A stretch of DNA of 64,000 bases from Narcine bancroftii (lineage: Eukaryota). Positions 11,025 through 24,030 of the stretch are shown in pieces. Under the pieces are notes generated by a model. The model did no database searches. It was not told the origin of the DNA and saw only the letters and a list, made by a program, of their open reading frames with translations. The position numbers and the translations under genes were made by a program. The stretch is from positions 27,590,001-27,654,000 of the forward strand of contig NC_091475.1 of assembly GCF_036971445.1 (NCBI RefSeq). The letters are read 5' to 3'. Each line of letters opens with the position of its first letter. The stretch's first letter is position 1.

Positions 11025-14000
11025 TGTGGCGGCATGCCATTAGGCAGGCGAACCGGCCCCGCATTTCACGCATGCAGCGGGGCAGCCAGCCAAAAAGGCG
11101 CCGTCAGGGGTTTCTCTCCGACCTCGGCACCAGGCTCAGAAGCCCGCGCTCTGCGGCCTACGTGATGCCCCGGCAACGTCAGGGCCTCCGGCGCGGTTCT
11201 CAGCCAGGTCCAGGCTGGGAGCATAAGACCAGCCAGGTAGACCTCAATAAATGAGTTTTGCTCACTGAACTCAACCCGTCTGGTTGTGAGATCATTCAGT
11301 AAGCAGAGTAGCCGTCGCTACATTGGTGACCCTGACAGGTTCAAATGCCTTTGAACCTGATTTGAACAACTCTTCGATCAATGCTATAGCCATCAAGCTT
11401 CCTGACTTCTGGGTTCAGGAGCCTGAGACCTGGTTCAGCCACACAGAGGCTCAGTTTCACCTCTGCCAGATTTCATCAGATACGACCAAGTTTTATCATG
11501 TGGTCGCCGCCCTGGACCAGGTCACCGCCAAACAAGTGCTGCACCTCATTCAGCACCCACCAACAGAAGATAAGTATGGGACCATCAAGCGGGTGCTCAC
11601 CGGCAACCTTGGCCTCTCCAGGCACCAGCGTGCCACTCGGATGCTGCACCTCGACACCTTGGGAGACAGAACTCTAATCGCGTTGATGGATTAGATGCTC
11701 ACGCTCATGGGCAATCACACCAACTGCCCACTCTTCGAGCACATCTTCCTCGACCATATGCCCGAAGACATATGGCCGTTACTGTCCCAGGAGAGCTTCG
11801 ACGACCCTAGGAAGGTCGCTCAAAAGGCTCAGGAGCTATGGCTTGAACGATTCACAGAGGGCTCAGCAGTCCAGCAAGTTTCAAGTCCCAGCCATGACCA
11901 CGCCAAGCCTTCCTGCGGAGGAATACTCGGCCCCTGCAGGGGCCTCAAAGAGAATAGCCAGAAGCAAGCTGTACACTTCAGACCTCTGCTTCTTCCACCA
12001 GCGATGGGGAGCCAAGGCTCGGAAGTGTCGTCAGCCCTGCTCATTCCAGGGAAACGAGCAGGCCGGCCGCTGTTCATGGCTGCAGTGGCTGGCCAAGAAC
12101 ATAGCCTTCTCTACCTGCGGGATGCAATCAGCGGCCAACGCTTCCTCGTCAACACTGGGGCCCAGATCATCATCATCCCAGCCACAGCCATCGAGTCCCG
12201 GAACCAGCCTCCGTGCAGCCAATTCAACAGAGATTCGAACGTATGGTGACAAGACCATCTACTTCCAGATCGGCCAGCAGAAGTTCTCGTGGAGGTTCAC
12301 TGTTTCGTCCCTCCCAACCTCCATTTTGGGTGCCGACTTCCTCCTCGCCCACGGACTCCTGGTCAACCCCCGAGGTAGGCGACTTGTCGATGCCCGTACC
12401 TTCCAATCCGTTTGCCTCAACACCTCCCACATGGAGCAGCCGCAGATGGCCATGGTCAGTGCACCCAAGGACGAGTTTCAGCGCATCCTGGATGAGTTCT
12501 CATCCCTCCTCAAGCCGCAGTTCTCTGCTGCCTCACCACACCACAGGGTGTTTCATTATATCCCCACCCAAGGCACACTGGCTCCTGCTGGATAAGCTCC
12601 AGATAGCAAAAGAGGAGTTCTCGCATCTGCAGAATCTGGGGATCATTCGACACTCCGACAGTCCTTGGGCCTTGCTGCACCAACTGGTTCTGAAAGCCTC
12701 CGGTGGCTAGCACGCCTGCGGAGATTATCGACGGCTTAACGACGCCACAGTACCTGACTGTTAACCCATCCCTCACATTAAGGACTTTATAGCCATGGTG
12801 CGAGGGTGTTCTCCAAGGTCGACCTGGTGTGCCGGTATCATCAAATCCCGGTGCACCCCAAGGACATCCCAAAAACGGCCATCATCACCCACTTCGGCTT
12901 TTTCGAATTTTTACACATGCCTTTCGGGCTCAAGAACGCTGCCCAGACCTTCCAGCGCCTCATGGATATGGTGGGCAGGGATTTGAATTTTGTGTTCATT
13001 TATCTGGACGACATTTTTATCGCCAGCAGAGACCAGGCACAACACATCTCACTTGCGCACCCTCTTCTCCCGACTGGCCGACTTCGGCCTAACGATCAAC
13101 CCAGCCAAATACGAGTTCAGGAAAGAGTCCATGCAGTTCCTGGGCCATACCATCATGGCTGAAGGAGCTACACCTGCCGCTACAAAGGTCGCTGCAATCA
13201 GAGAGTTTCCACGCCCGGACAACCTCAAGGGGCTATGGGAGTTCGCAGGTATGGTGAACTTCTATAACCGATTCATTCCAGGCACTGCACACATCATGCA
13301 GCCGCTCTTCGCCCTCATCATGGTCAAGGACAAGACACTCGCCTGGACTCCAGAGGCCAACAGGGCATACAAAGCCATGAGAGTTGCCCTCGTGAAGGCT
13401 ACCCTGCTTGTCCATCCATGCACCGACCTTCATATGGCGCTCTCCGTCGATGCCTCTGCCACTGCCGTCGGTGCCATCCTGGAACAGCAGGTTAACAGAC
13501 AGCGGAAACCACTGGCATTCTTTAGCCAGCTTCTCCATCCGCCAGAGCGCAAGTATAGTGCTTTCGACCGTGAGTTGCTAGGCAAGTACCTCGCTGTGCG
13601 TCTTTTTCACTATTTCTTGGAGGGGAGGCCTTTCACCATTTCTACCCACCACAAACCCTTCACTCAGGCGCCAGCCAGCCAACAGCGTCATCTGTCCTTT
13701 GTGTCGGAGTTCACCACCGACATTCGGCACAAGGTGGGGAAAGACAATGTGGTCGCCGATGCGCACTCCTGACCGGCCATTTCCTCGCTGACATCCGGCC
13801 TAGACTACGACCAGCTTGCCCAGGATCAGAAGTCCGATGAGGAGACACAGGTCTTCAGGACTGCCATCACGGGCCTGCGGCTCCAGGACCTCCCGACTCC
13901 TCTCGGTAATGATACCGTTCTGTGCGATGTCTCCATGAGCACCCCGTGACCAGTGGTTCCCCAGCAGTGGCGCAGGCAAGTCTTCCACCATATCCATGAC

Positions 14001-15258
14001 CTTTCCCACCCTTCCATCAGGTCCACAGTTCGGATAGTGGCAGAATGCTTCGTCTGGCACGGGCTTCGAAAGCAGATTGTGGACTGGGTCAGAACCTGCA
14101 CCCATTGCCAGCTTTCCAAGGTACACAGGCACACCAGAGTGCCCATGCAGGATTTTGAACACATCCGAGAATGGTTCAGCTACATACATGTGGACATTGT
14201 CGGCCCCTTACCCGTTTCCTGAGGTAATCGTTATCTTTTCAAAGTAGTAGACCGCACCACTCATTGGGCCGAGGCGATCCCGATGTCAGATGCCTCCACG
14301 GACTCCTGCTCCCAAGCATTTTTGACCAGTTGGGTTGCCTGGTTCGGCGTCCCGACCCACCTCACCAGCGACCGTGGCACGCAGTTCACCTCTGCACTCT
14401 CGCCAACCCACTGGGAATCGAGCTGCATCACACATTGGGCTGGTCGAGCAATTGCACCACCAGCTTGTCGGCATTGGGTGGATGAGCTGCCTTGGGTACT
14501 CCTGGGCATCCACTCAACACCCAAAGAAGACCTGGAGGCGTCATCAGCCGAACTGGTCTACAGTGCACCGCTAACCCTGCCTGGTGAGTTTATCAATACA
14601 CCTCACAACCCGCAAGTCACCGCACAGTTTACATCCCCGCCTCCGGGCCCAGTTGAACTCCTTCACACCCCCACCACCACCCAGACATGGTACATGGGCC
14701 TCTTACATCCCCAGCAAGCTGTATTCCGCAGAGTATGTTTTTAATCGGGTGAGGCCCTTCCACAGCACCCCTTCAAAGACTGTACGAAGGGCCTACAGAG
14801 TCATCCAGTGTTCAGGATCCACCTTCACATTGGATATCGGTGGTAAGAGGGACCTGTTTACTGTGGACAGATTAAAGCCAGCACACCTCAACCCCAACGA
14901 GCCAGTGGTCGCGGCTCAACCCAAGAAGTGAGGCCGCCCAGCAAAAGAGGACATTGGCGCCAGTTCTGGGGGGCGCTGTGTGGTGGCACGCCATTAGGCA
15001 GGTGAACCGGCCCCGCGGGTCACGCACTCGGCGGGGCAGCCGGTCAAAATGGCGCCGTTGGGGGTTTCTCCTCGACCTCGGCACCAGGCTCAGAAGCCCG
15101 CTCTCTGTGGCCTACATGATGCCTCGGCGACATCAGGGCCCCCGGCGCGGTTCTCAGCCATAAGACTAGCCAGGCAGACCTCAATAAATGAGTTTTGCTC
15201 ACTGAACTCAACCCGTCTGGTTGTGAGATCATTCAGTAGCAGAGTAGCCGCTGCTACA
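11025..15258 (+). mobile_element. Full-length but decayed Gypsy/Ty3 LTR retrotransposon (gag-PR-RT-RH-IN)
   Basis: LTRs at 11025-11322 and 14979-15258 with TG...CA ends, 4-bp TSD TTCT, PBS TGGTGACCCTGAC (tRNA-Trp type), G-rich PPT. Motifs KLPDFW (gag), ILGADFL (PR), YLDD (RT), DAS...YSAFDRELL (RH) and SDRGTQF (IN). Multiple stops and frameshifts. LTRs are roughly 10% divergent by eye. Confidence 0.95.
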
Positions 15259-15524
15259 TTCTCAGAATTTTTCTGGGTCATGATGTTGAAGCCTTTCTGA
15301 CCAACTTCCATTATTTCTTCCATTACACTCTGTAGTTTGTGTTAGAGGTTCTGGACAAGTGACTTTGGTTTTATTACATTTCCTCTCCATTCAAACTGCT
15401 TCTCATCTTGGTTTTCTTCTATTTGATTATCTCTCTATTCCCCCAAGGCCAATCCATTAACTAACAAAGCCATAGCCTTCTGAAATGACATGTATACTTC
15501 AATATGCCGTCACCCTGCACCGAC

Positions 15525-15959
15525 TGTTATAGATAGAGAATTTGGGTTAAAAAGGGTTTAAGTTAAAATGTGATGATTAGTCATAAAAGGGGGCTAACCC
15601 CTGGAGTTTAGCTGGAAAATGTTACAACAGACTTGCAACAGATTTAACTACAGAGAGACATGCAGGAGCCAAAGATTGATAAAGAGTGAAAAACAGAATT
15701 TGGTGTGAGCAGAGGTCATGAATGATCGTGGTGTGCGTGACTAACAGTAATCAGGATGATTCTGCAAAAACTAACCAATTAAAGCAGTGTAGTGGAGATG
15801 CCGAAGGACAAGCAAATTGTATAAAAAACAATGCACTGTATGTATCGGGGCTCGACTTGGCAAGAAGCCGGTTGAGTCCAACTCTGCAGACTTGAGAATA
15901 AAGCTTGTCGTGTCACCGATCTTAAAGAGACTCATTTGTGAGAATTTGTGTTTCTGACA
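15525..15959 (+). mobile_element. Solo ERV LTR related to the provirus at 46048-47480
   Basis: TGTTATA...TTCTGACA ends, TATAAAA at 15820, AATAAA near 15897, flanks CCGAC/CCTAC (5-bp TSD, one mismatch). Clear homology to 46048-46523. Confidence 0.9.
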
Positions 15960-16899
15960 CCTACTATCTAATCGTACTTACTTATTTCATTTGTGCTCCT
16001 TATTTGGTTTTGTGCCTTCCAAAACAGAGATTTGTCCTTTGTTGTTTTTGTACTTCTTGTCTTTATTTGCTGATTTATTCTTAGATTTGTGCTTTGTATC
16101 CCTCAGCTCAAGTTTTTCATCTCCCAAATTAATGCAATTCTTCGCAGCCCATCTCTATTCTTTGCTACACCTCTGTGGAAAGAGAACCAATTAATGCTTC
16201 AGCTCCATAAAATGTTCTGATGGAAGGTCTTGCGTCCAAAATATTAACTCTAAATCTCTTTCCACTGGTGCTACCTGACCTGCTGAGTGTTGCAAAAACT
16301 TGTTTTTATTTTTAAAAAATCATAAGAATGACTGGAGAACAGAGAGGCAGAATCGAGGAGTTGAAAAGAGCATGAGATTGAACTTGTATCATGAAGGTCA
16401 TAATCTAGGTGAATGACAGAGCAGGTTTCCCTGTTGCAGTTGGTGATTCTTCCTTCCCTTTCCCATTTGCCACCATCATTTAAAATCTATTGTCCTATCT
16501 GTTAACCCTCTCTGACCTGCCCATTGGACACCAGAGCAAGCAGCACTATTTGCATCCAAAGCTGCTATGTCTATGCTGAGGCAACCTTATTTTCTCATGT
16601 ATTATATCAATAACGATGTGGTTACCCTGGCGCTGAATTAATTGAGTGTTCATTATTATTTATTATCCTAGTTTATAATCAAATTCTGCCAACACCCAAA
16701 ATGGCCCAATGCTGCCATCCAGCATTAAGAGAGAACAGAACGGAAGTAAAGCACGAAAGTCTGGAGATCCCGTGGTTGAAGTTAAAAACTCAAAGCTGGA
16801 GAAACTCAGCTGGTCAAACAGTGTTCTTTGTGTAGCGAAGGTTAAAAAAAATACCTAACTGACATTCACAACTTGAGCCCTTCATCAAGGTAACACCAA

Positions 16900-17100
16900 C
16901 ACAACTTCCGGCCGCAGCTCCGACCTGGCAACTAATGCGTCAGGTGACCTGCCAATTGTTTCTGTTGCCTAGGGACTGTCGCCATGGCAGCCCGGGCTCG
17001 CGGGAGGCGGCCAGTGCGAGAAGAGAACGCGTTTTGAACCCGGCATTCAAGGGACGGATGGAGGACCGCACGTCGCGCAGGCAGGTCGCCATGGTCAGGT
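16900..17100 (+). promoter_or_regulatory. CpG-rich promoter and probable non-coding first exon of ccdc181
   Basis: Unique CpG-rich sequence with ETS motif ACTTCCGG (16904), X-box-like motifs (16964-16991) and a donor CAG|gtagga at 17098/17099. Linkage to ccdc181 is inferred. Confidence 0.6.
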
Positions 17101-17213
17101 AGGAGGAGGAGCTGGGCCACGGCGCAGAAGGTCCCGGCGCAGAAGCGGGGGCGCCGGGGAGTTGGAAATCAAACCGAAGAGGCTGGAAAATACTCGGCAA
17201 GTGGGGCAAGGTT

Positions 17214-17345
17214 TCAGGTGGATGACCTTCCATCAGGTGGATGACCTTCCATCAGGTGGATTAATTTCCATCAGGTGATTTAATTTCCATCAGGTGGATG
17301 ACCTTCCATCAGGTGGATGACCTTCCATCAGGTGGATGACCTTCC
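17214..17345. repeat. Minisatellite, 7 x 19 bp (TCAGGTGGATGACCTTCCA)
   Basis: Directly visible. Units 3 and 4 are variant. Confidence 0.95.
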
Positions 17346-17792
17346 TGCCTCGTTGGTGCAGAATACAAAAATGCTGGAGAAATTCAACAACGCCACATCC
17401 ACGGTCAGGGTTTCGGGCTGAGTTCCCCTCCCGGCTTGGTTAGCAACCTAGAGCACCAGACACTCAGCCACATTAGTTACGATTCACCTTTGCAGGTGAT
17501 GCAACCAGAAACACTCAGTTTCTAATACAAAATCGCAAATGATTTGATAGAGATTGCTTTTCAATTTTTTAAGTGGCTATTTAATTATTAATAAACTTCC
17601 CGGCTTCATTTTGATATTTGAATTGCTGCTTTAAAATAGGCAATAGAGTTGGGTGAATGATCATCGCAACATCTGATAGACCATTAAAGTTAACAAACAT
17701 AGAACCACTGAGCTAATTATTTTAGATGAATATGGGATTAATACAAACAAGAGTTGATTAATGTAAAAAGCCATGTCTGAGACACTGAATAA

Positions 17793-18825
17793 TATTACGA
17801 GCCCAAAGAACTCCAAAACCCAACAGCCATAGACATACACCAAGAGACGTGGTTTTTAAAACAAAAGTTATTTTTAATCAACTTTAAACATGAAAACAGA
17901 ATCAAACTTTAACTTATCTCTATATTTAACTAACCCAAATTAACCCCCTTCTAATTCTAAGTGCATGTGTAAGTAATGTGTGTGTAAATTTAAGAAAAGT
18001 TCTTTGGTTCACAATTCAATTTCACTTCTCCTTCTTCCAAGTTCTCTGGATGCAGGCAATTCTTATACTGTGCACAGAATTGAACGTGTAAGAGTTCACC
18101 CATCTTTGGTGCTCGAAAGGTAAATGTTTACTGCTCAGGAAGGTTCTTGTAGGGTTTGCAGAGAGAGATTTGTTGTTCCAGGATTTCCACAACTGAGGTG
18201 CCACCCTCAATGTCTTGCTGATGAAACTTGCATCATCAGGGTTTTCTAGATGGTAACCTCTTTCTTTCAGGCCACCACAGAGTTCCTTTTTGTTCTACTT
18301 ATTCCAAGAGAAACAACGGACAGATAGCACTTCCAGCCATCCACTGCTTTGGAACTTTCTGTTTCCAACCAGCTCTTCCTGGCTTGTTCTTTTCAGTCCT
18401 TTAGTGTCACCCACACACGAGCTGGGAGAGCTTGTTAATTCTCTCTCTCTCTCTCCAACTGCCAGAAAGCCCATGTGACTCTCTCACTTGCAAAACCCCC
18501 ACCTTCTTCAGCAAATCACAGGATTTCTCCTCCTTGGTCAAGATGTTATCTTAGATAAACAAAATCCAGGAGTGACCTTTCTGTGAGCACTTTGCAGAAA
18601 AGTACTTGTAGCCAGTTTGTCACTTCCAAAACAATGGTCTTTCATTTTATGACATCAGTTCAATTAGCACCTACTTGTGAAATGTGCATCACATTCTCCA
18701 TAGATCCTGCAATGTTATTAAATATGAATTCTTCAGTCTTTCAAATAAGATCTCTTTAAAATGTGTGTATGTATGTAACCCACTAATCTTACCAAAATCC
18801 TCCCAAATATTTATAATCCATTACA
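17793..18825. mobile_element. Probable solo LTR, about 1 kb
   Basis: Termini TATTACGAGCCC...CCATTACA resemble decayed TG...CA ends. Flanks ATAA/ATAG are a possible 4-bp TSD. No coding capacity. Confidence 0.5.
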
Positions 18826-19224
18826 ATAGAGTACTGCTATTTTCTGATATTGAAGTTACCGATTTAAAGAATAAGATAATTTGCATTATAACAGACCTTA
18901 TTGAATGAAACCTTAATTTTTTACAGTTAAGAAATGGATGTTGGCTACTGCTTTTGCCCCATCTAACTCTCTTACAGTAATGGGTGCCAGTCAATATTTG
19001 GATAGTTCAACTCTTCCATAACAACAGTCCTGTTATTTCTGCTTATTTAGCTTGCTACTCTCTTGTGAACAGGATTCTGATTTTCACATTAATCACAATG
19101 ACAATTTAAAACATATCTTTCATCATTCATATGTCTGCAAAACAGAAAATATGTCCATTTGTCACACGTTGCTTAAATTTAATTAAACTGTTGTAAATGT
19201 TGAAGTTAGAAATTGCCATTGTGA

Positions 19225-19590
19225 CTTGAGCACATAATTGAGAGAGTACTGCACTTTGGGTGCACCATCTTTCAGATGGGAAGTTAAACTGAGGACCTTT
19301 GTTCTCTCTCAGTTGGATATAAAAGATCCCATGCCACCAATCTGATCAGGTGCAGTGAATTATCCCTTGTGTCCCTCGTCAGTATTTATTTCTCAAACAA
19401 CATCATGAAAGAACATGAAAGCTCAACTCATACCCTTGCCAATAGTTGTCACTTGGGAACAAAATTGATTGCACTTTCTATGCAAATATTCTAATTTTAA
19501 AATGCTGGCACTTTAAAAGTTCTTCATTATCAATGAAACATTTTTCATGTACCTGAGATTATGAAAGTTGCTACATAAATATTATCTTGG
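19225..19590 (+). mobile_element. Deu-domain SINE relic (SacSINE1/AmnSINE1-like)
   Basis: Contains 'gtactgcact...tctttcagatg...ttaaactgagg...aaaagatcccatg...tatttat' and an L2-like tail '...gaaagttgctacataaat'. Recognised from memory of the family. Confidence 0.6.
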
Positions 19591-19790
19591 TTCTTTGTTT
19601 CTTTGTGCTATTTTGGAGGATGAATAAGATAGGTGTGTGAATAGATTGATACAAGAATGTTCAAACTGGGAACAGTAGCATGTCACCAACTCCCTTCACC
19701 ACCATTTGCATTCCTGCCTATTCCTGATAACCATGCAATTTATTTCAACCTCCTTTCATTTAAAAATAATTAAAAAATCTGCTTCCACTG

Positions 19791-19886
19791 TTCTTTGAGG
19801 AATATTCCAAAGACTTGCATTCTTCTTTGAGGAATATTCCAAAGACTTGCATTCTTCTTTGAGGAATATTCCAAAGACTTGCACTC
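19791..19886. repeat. Tandem repeat, 3 x 32 bp
   Basis: TTCTTTGAGGAATATTCCAAAGACTTGCATTC repeated three times. Confidence 0.95.
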
Positions 19887-20380
19887 TTCTGAGAGAGGAA
19901 AAAAAATCTTAATCTTCTTTTCTCAGAAGAAACGTTGATCCTGTCAAAATCCTGCATGTTTCAGTCAAGTCCCCTTGCACTCTTTAAATCACAGTCGATA
20001 CAACCTTAGTTTGTCCAACCCTTTCTTACAAGGTACAGGTAGTTCACTCAATTCAGTGTCATCGTAGTAAGCTTTCTCTGAACTTCCATGTTTTAACATC
20101 CATCCCCAACTAAGGAGACTGTACGTATACTGTTCTGTAGATGTAGTCTTACCAGTGCCTTCTGTAAGTGAAACATTATCTCCCTAATGCATTTAGATTA
20201 CCTAGCAAAAAAACAATAATATTCCTTTAACCTGATAGTTTTCTGCATACTTACCTTTGTGGATCGTGCACTCGAGCTGTGTTTTTCCATCCTCCACAGT
20301 CTCCCAACAAAGTTCCTTGCTTTTATTTTTCCTACCAAAGCTTAACGATTTTCTACATTATTACCTATTACACTAGTTTT

Positions 20381-20653
20381 TGTGGGCTGATAACGCCTCA
20401 AACCGTGCATCTTGGCGCCTCACAGTTTGGCGGGCAGCAACCTCCTTTGAAGAAGACCGCAGAGCCCACCTCACTGACAAAAGGCAAAGGAGGAAAAACC
20501 CAACACCCAACCCCAACCAACCAATTTTCCCCTGCAACCGCTGCAATCGTGTCTGCCTGTCCCGCATCGGACTTGTCAGCCACAAACGAGCCTGCAGCTG
20601 ACGTGGACTTTTTACCCCCTCCATAAATCTTCGTCCGCGAAGCCAAGCCAAAG
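20381..20653 (+). mobile_element. RTE LINE 3' fragment
   Basis: Near-identical to the other RTE 3' ends (WADNASNRASW...SHKRACS). Confidence 0.9.
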
Positions 20654-21097
20654 ATATATATATATACTATTTCTTTGTAGTCCCTCATGTTCTTATTACA
20701 GTCTACTTTCTTGTCTATCATTGTACTGGCAGCAAATATGGAAATGATACTTTTCATGCTTTCATCCAGATCAAGGTTTCTATAGCACCCCACACTGTCA
20801 TATCGGCTTCAAGGTAACAGTTTTTTTTCTGCTACATACCCTTTAAATATTGTGAGCAGAAAGTTTATGATAACATTAGCATCACATTAGCTAACCATGC
20901 TAACAATTGCATGTCTTTTTAGACCATGTGGATATTTACTTCTGTTCAGTTAGTTATTTGAGTCTAAATACAATTCATGTTATTTTTACCAAAACAACAG
21001 ATAAAGAAAGCATAATGAAAACTTCACATCAAGCAATATTTACCTTTTTTTTTTAGATATTTTGAGAATGCTACTTAACTGAATTCCTGTAAACTTC

Positions 21098-21560
21098 AGG
21101 ATGGCCTGGGGCGATCACGCTCTGCTGACCATTGACGGGTCATCCGTTGAGGTCAAGTTCCTTGGAGCGCACTTGGCAGAGGTTCTCATCTGGTCCATTA
21201 ACACCAGCTCCATAGCCAAGAAAGCCCACCAGCATCTCTGCTTCCTGCGAAAGCTGAGGAAAGTTCATCTCCCACCCTTCATCCTCACTACATTATACAG
21301 AAGATGTACTGAGAGCATCTTGTGCAACTGCATCACCACCTGGTTTAGAAGCTGTACCATCTCAGACTGCAAGACCCTGCAGCAGATAGTGAAGTCAGTA
21401 GAAAAGATCATTAGGGGCTCCCCTCCTACCATAAAGGACATCTTCAGCTCTCGATGCAGGTGAAAGGGAATAAAAATTGGGAAGGACCCCACACACCCCT
21501 CACGTAAACTGTTCTCCCTTCTGCCATCTGGTAGGAGGTACTCCAGCACTAGGGCCCTTA
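21098..21560 (+). mobile_element. Rex1/Babar-like LINE RT C-terminal fragment
   Basis: VKFLGAHL...KKAHQHLCFLRKLRK...ESILCNCITTWF motif string. Confidence 0.75.
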
Positions 21561-22046
21561 TTCCCTGCCATCATTTCAACAAGAAACTCATAAGCACAGC
21601 TGTATGCTCATGCAGACAATAAACATTCTTCATTCTATGAACATCAGACTCAGAATGCACTCTCTCCTCTTGCCCAGATTGGGCAAGTTTTTTTTCCCCC
21701 CCAAGCCATCAGGCTCCAGAATTCCCAGAAAAAATGTGGATAATGTACTGTGGTCTGTTAATGTATACATCTTATTATTTTAATATTTCAATGTATTTTT
21801 ATTCTAGCATATTTATGCAACTATGCTTTGTGGTCCTGGAGAAGTACTATCTCGTCCTTACTGTGTGATAAATGATAAATAAAGGTGACTTGACAATCCT
21901 CTGTTACTGCTTGAGTCAGCAAGTTTTATTAATTCTATATTTTGTGAGTTTATTGATATTTGTTTTCAAATCTAGATGACAGAATTACTGACATGATAGT
22001 TTATTTTGTGCCAACACAGTAAGCCTCGTGCCTCTGTAATAAAAAG

Positions 22047-22400
22047 CATTGTGGTCTCCCCTCCATTGGAGAAAATAGACGCAGGCTGGGAGATCTCTTT
22101 GTTGAGCACCTCGGCTCTGTCCACCACAATAGTGGGAATCTCCAAGCCCTCCCAGTGGCAATCCATTTCAATTCCTTCCCCTATTCCCATGCACTGCTAG
22201 ACCACCTGCAAATTAGAAGAACAACACCTCATCTTCCAGCTGGGCACTCTCCCCTCCCCATCCCTATTTCTCCTTTCCTCTAGCTCTGTCTCTCTTTCCT
22301 TTTCTCTCTGTCTCCTTTCCTCCAGATCTGAATTCACAGAGCCATCCCCTTCCCCTATCAATTCTTACCTTTCCTCTCCTGTCTTATCTATATCCAATGT
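22047..22400 (+). mobile_element. Penelope-like element GIY-YIG endonuclease fragment with pyrimidine-rich tail
   Basis: Translates approximately as IGENRRRLGDLFVEHL...PVAIHFNS...KLEEQHLIFQLGTL. Confidence 0.7.
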
Positions 22401-23080
22401 TCTCATTGTCTTTATTTAATTTTTAAAAAACTTGTGAATTTCTAACCGTCCTGCTGTTAGGTTTAAATATTGTTAGGATTTTTGACCCAAATCATCAGGC
22501 TGTGTATCAGCATAACTGAAGAGAATGTAAATGCTGCAAAGAAGAGTCTGCCAACTCATAGGAAGAACTATTTTAAATGAATGATGTGCACTTTTTGATC
22601 CACGTGTTTTTCCAATGGGTAGCAATTAAGAGGAGAGAGTACATTCTGAGTCTGATGTTCATGGAATGAAGAATGTTTATTGTCTGCATGTGCATACAGC
22701 TGTGCTGATGAGTTGCTCGTTGAAATGATGGCAGGGAATATTAAAATAAGGTTCTTGTGAAGTAGAGGATCTGACACTGCTTGGGCAGCTTCTCAATTTC
22801 CAAAACAAGTTTCCAGAGTCTCACGATGAGAGTTGGTTAGTCTTGGTAACCCCTCCCATTACAATCAAACAGGTCTTTGTGCTCTAGCTTTACTTTTAGA
22901 GATTGAGAATATGTTGTCATTGTACCTCTGTGATGACGTCTGCTATTAGCTATGACGAGTTGGCCCAGGTTAATGTATCATGAAATCCTGCACATCTCTT
23001 CACAAGAATAAATGATGTTTAACTGGAATTCTATTCTCATTGTCTTCCACCCACAATCTTAAAGGAATTGCTAAATAAAA

Positions 23081-23194
23081 ATGAGTGAAGAGAACAGCAT
23101 TTCATCACAAGTTGAAGAATATGAAGATGACTTTGAGAAGGACCTTGATTGGCTAATTAATGAGGAAACAAAAAATGGTGAAGAAGATCCAGAG
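23081..23194 (+). CDS. ccdc181: CCDC181 first coding exon (MSEENSISSQVEEYEDDFEKDLDWLINEE...)
   Basis: EEYEDDFEKDLxWLINE is the conserved CCDC181 N-terminus. Candidate acceptor ttaaag at 23064, phase-0 donor gtaata. Confidence 0.9.
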
Positions 23195-23689
23195 GTAATA
23201 AATTAAAATAATGATGTATTTTAGCTGTACAATTTGATACAAATGAGATATAATTACCTTCATAGAAGCCATATATGTTAACCTTAGTATGATGATTCCC
23301 AATAGGATTATTTCTTTAATCCAGTTAAGTAAAATTAATATGTGTATATATATATATATATATATATGTATATGTAGTGAAATAAAATGAAAAATTACAT
23401 TGCCAGTGTTTTTAAATTAATTTAGTATGTCAGAAATAAAATGCAAAGCAGGGTAACGGCCCTATTCCTTTTTATTATGATAAAATTAAATTGCTGCTTG
23501 AAGGTAAATTCTATGATCTATTTTCTGTATTATCCATCATTTCATGAAGTTCAATCCTGCATTTTTGTATAGATCTTAATATTTTTGTCTTTAATCAACA
23601 TTACTATAATGAATGCTCCTCTTGAAATTTTTTCAGTTTTCCCAAATTTTTAATACACTAGCCTCTACTATTAGTCTGTTTTTTGTCAG

Positions 23690-24030
23690 AACCTCAAAAT
23701 TGTCAGAGCAGACAGTTGCACAGTGCCTGCATCAACTCTCAAGCAACCACCTATGTTGATCCCATTCTTCCTTTTGCATTCCTATCGACGACTCCCCATG
23801 CCATTACCCTCATTCTTTTGCCATCTACCTACACTAGGGGCAGTTTAAGGAGACAATCAACTTACCAAGTAGCACATGTTTGATATGTTGGAAGAAACTG
23901 AAGCACCTGGGCAAAACTTGCATTGTTACAGTGAGAATATGTTAATCTACACAGATACCATCTAATGTCAGGATCAATCTTTGGAGCTGTAAGGCAGCAA
24001 AGCTAACCATAGCACACTCTACCATCCTAG
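23690..24030 (-). mobile_element. V-SINE (HE1-like), degenerate
   Basis: Reverse-complemented tRNA-like head near 24030 and V-domain similarity to 6470-6681. Confidence 0.55.

Noticed and set aside
17214-17345. CRISPR-like appearance of short repeats
   Set aside because: Units are contiguous with no unique spacers, there are no cas genes, and the context is vertebrate.
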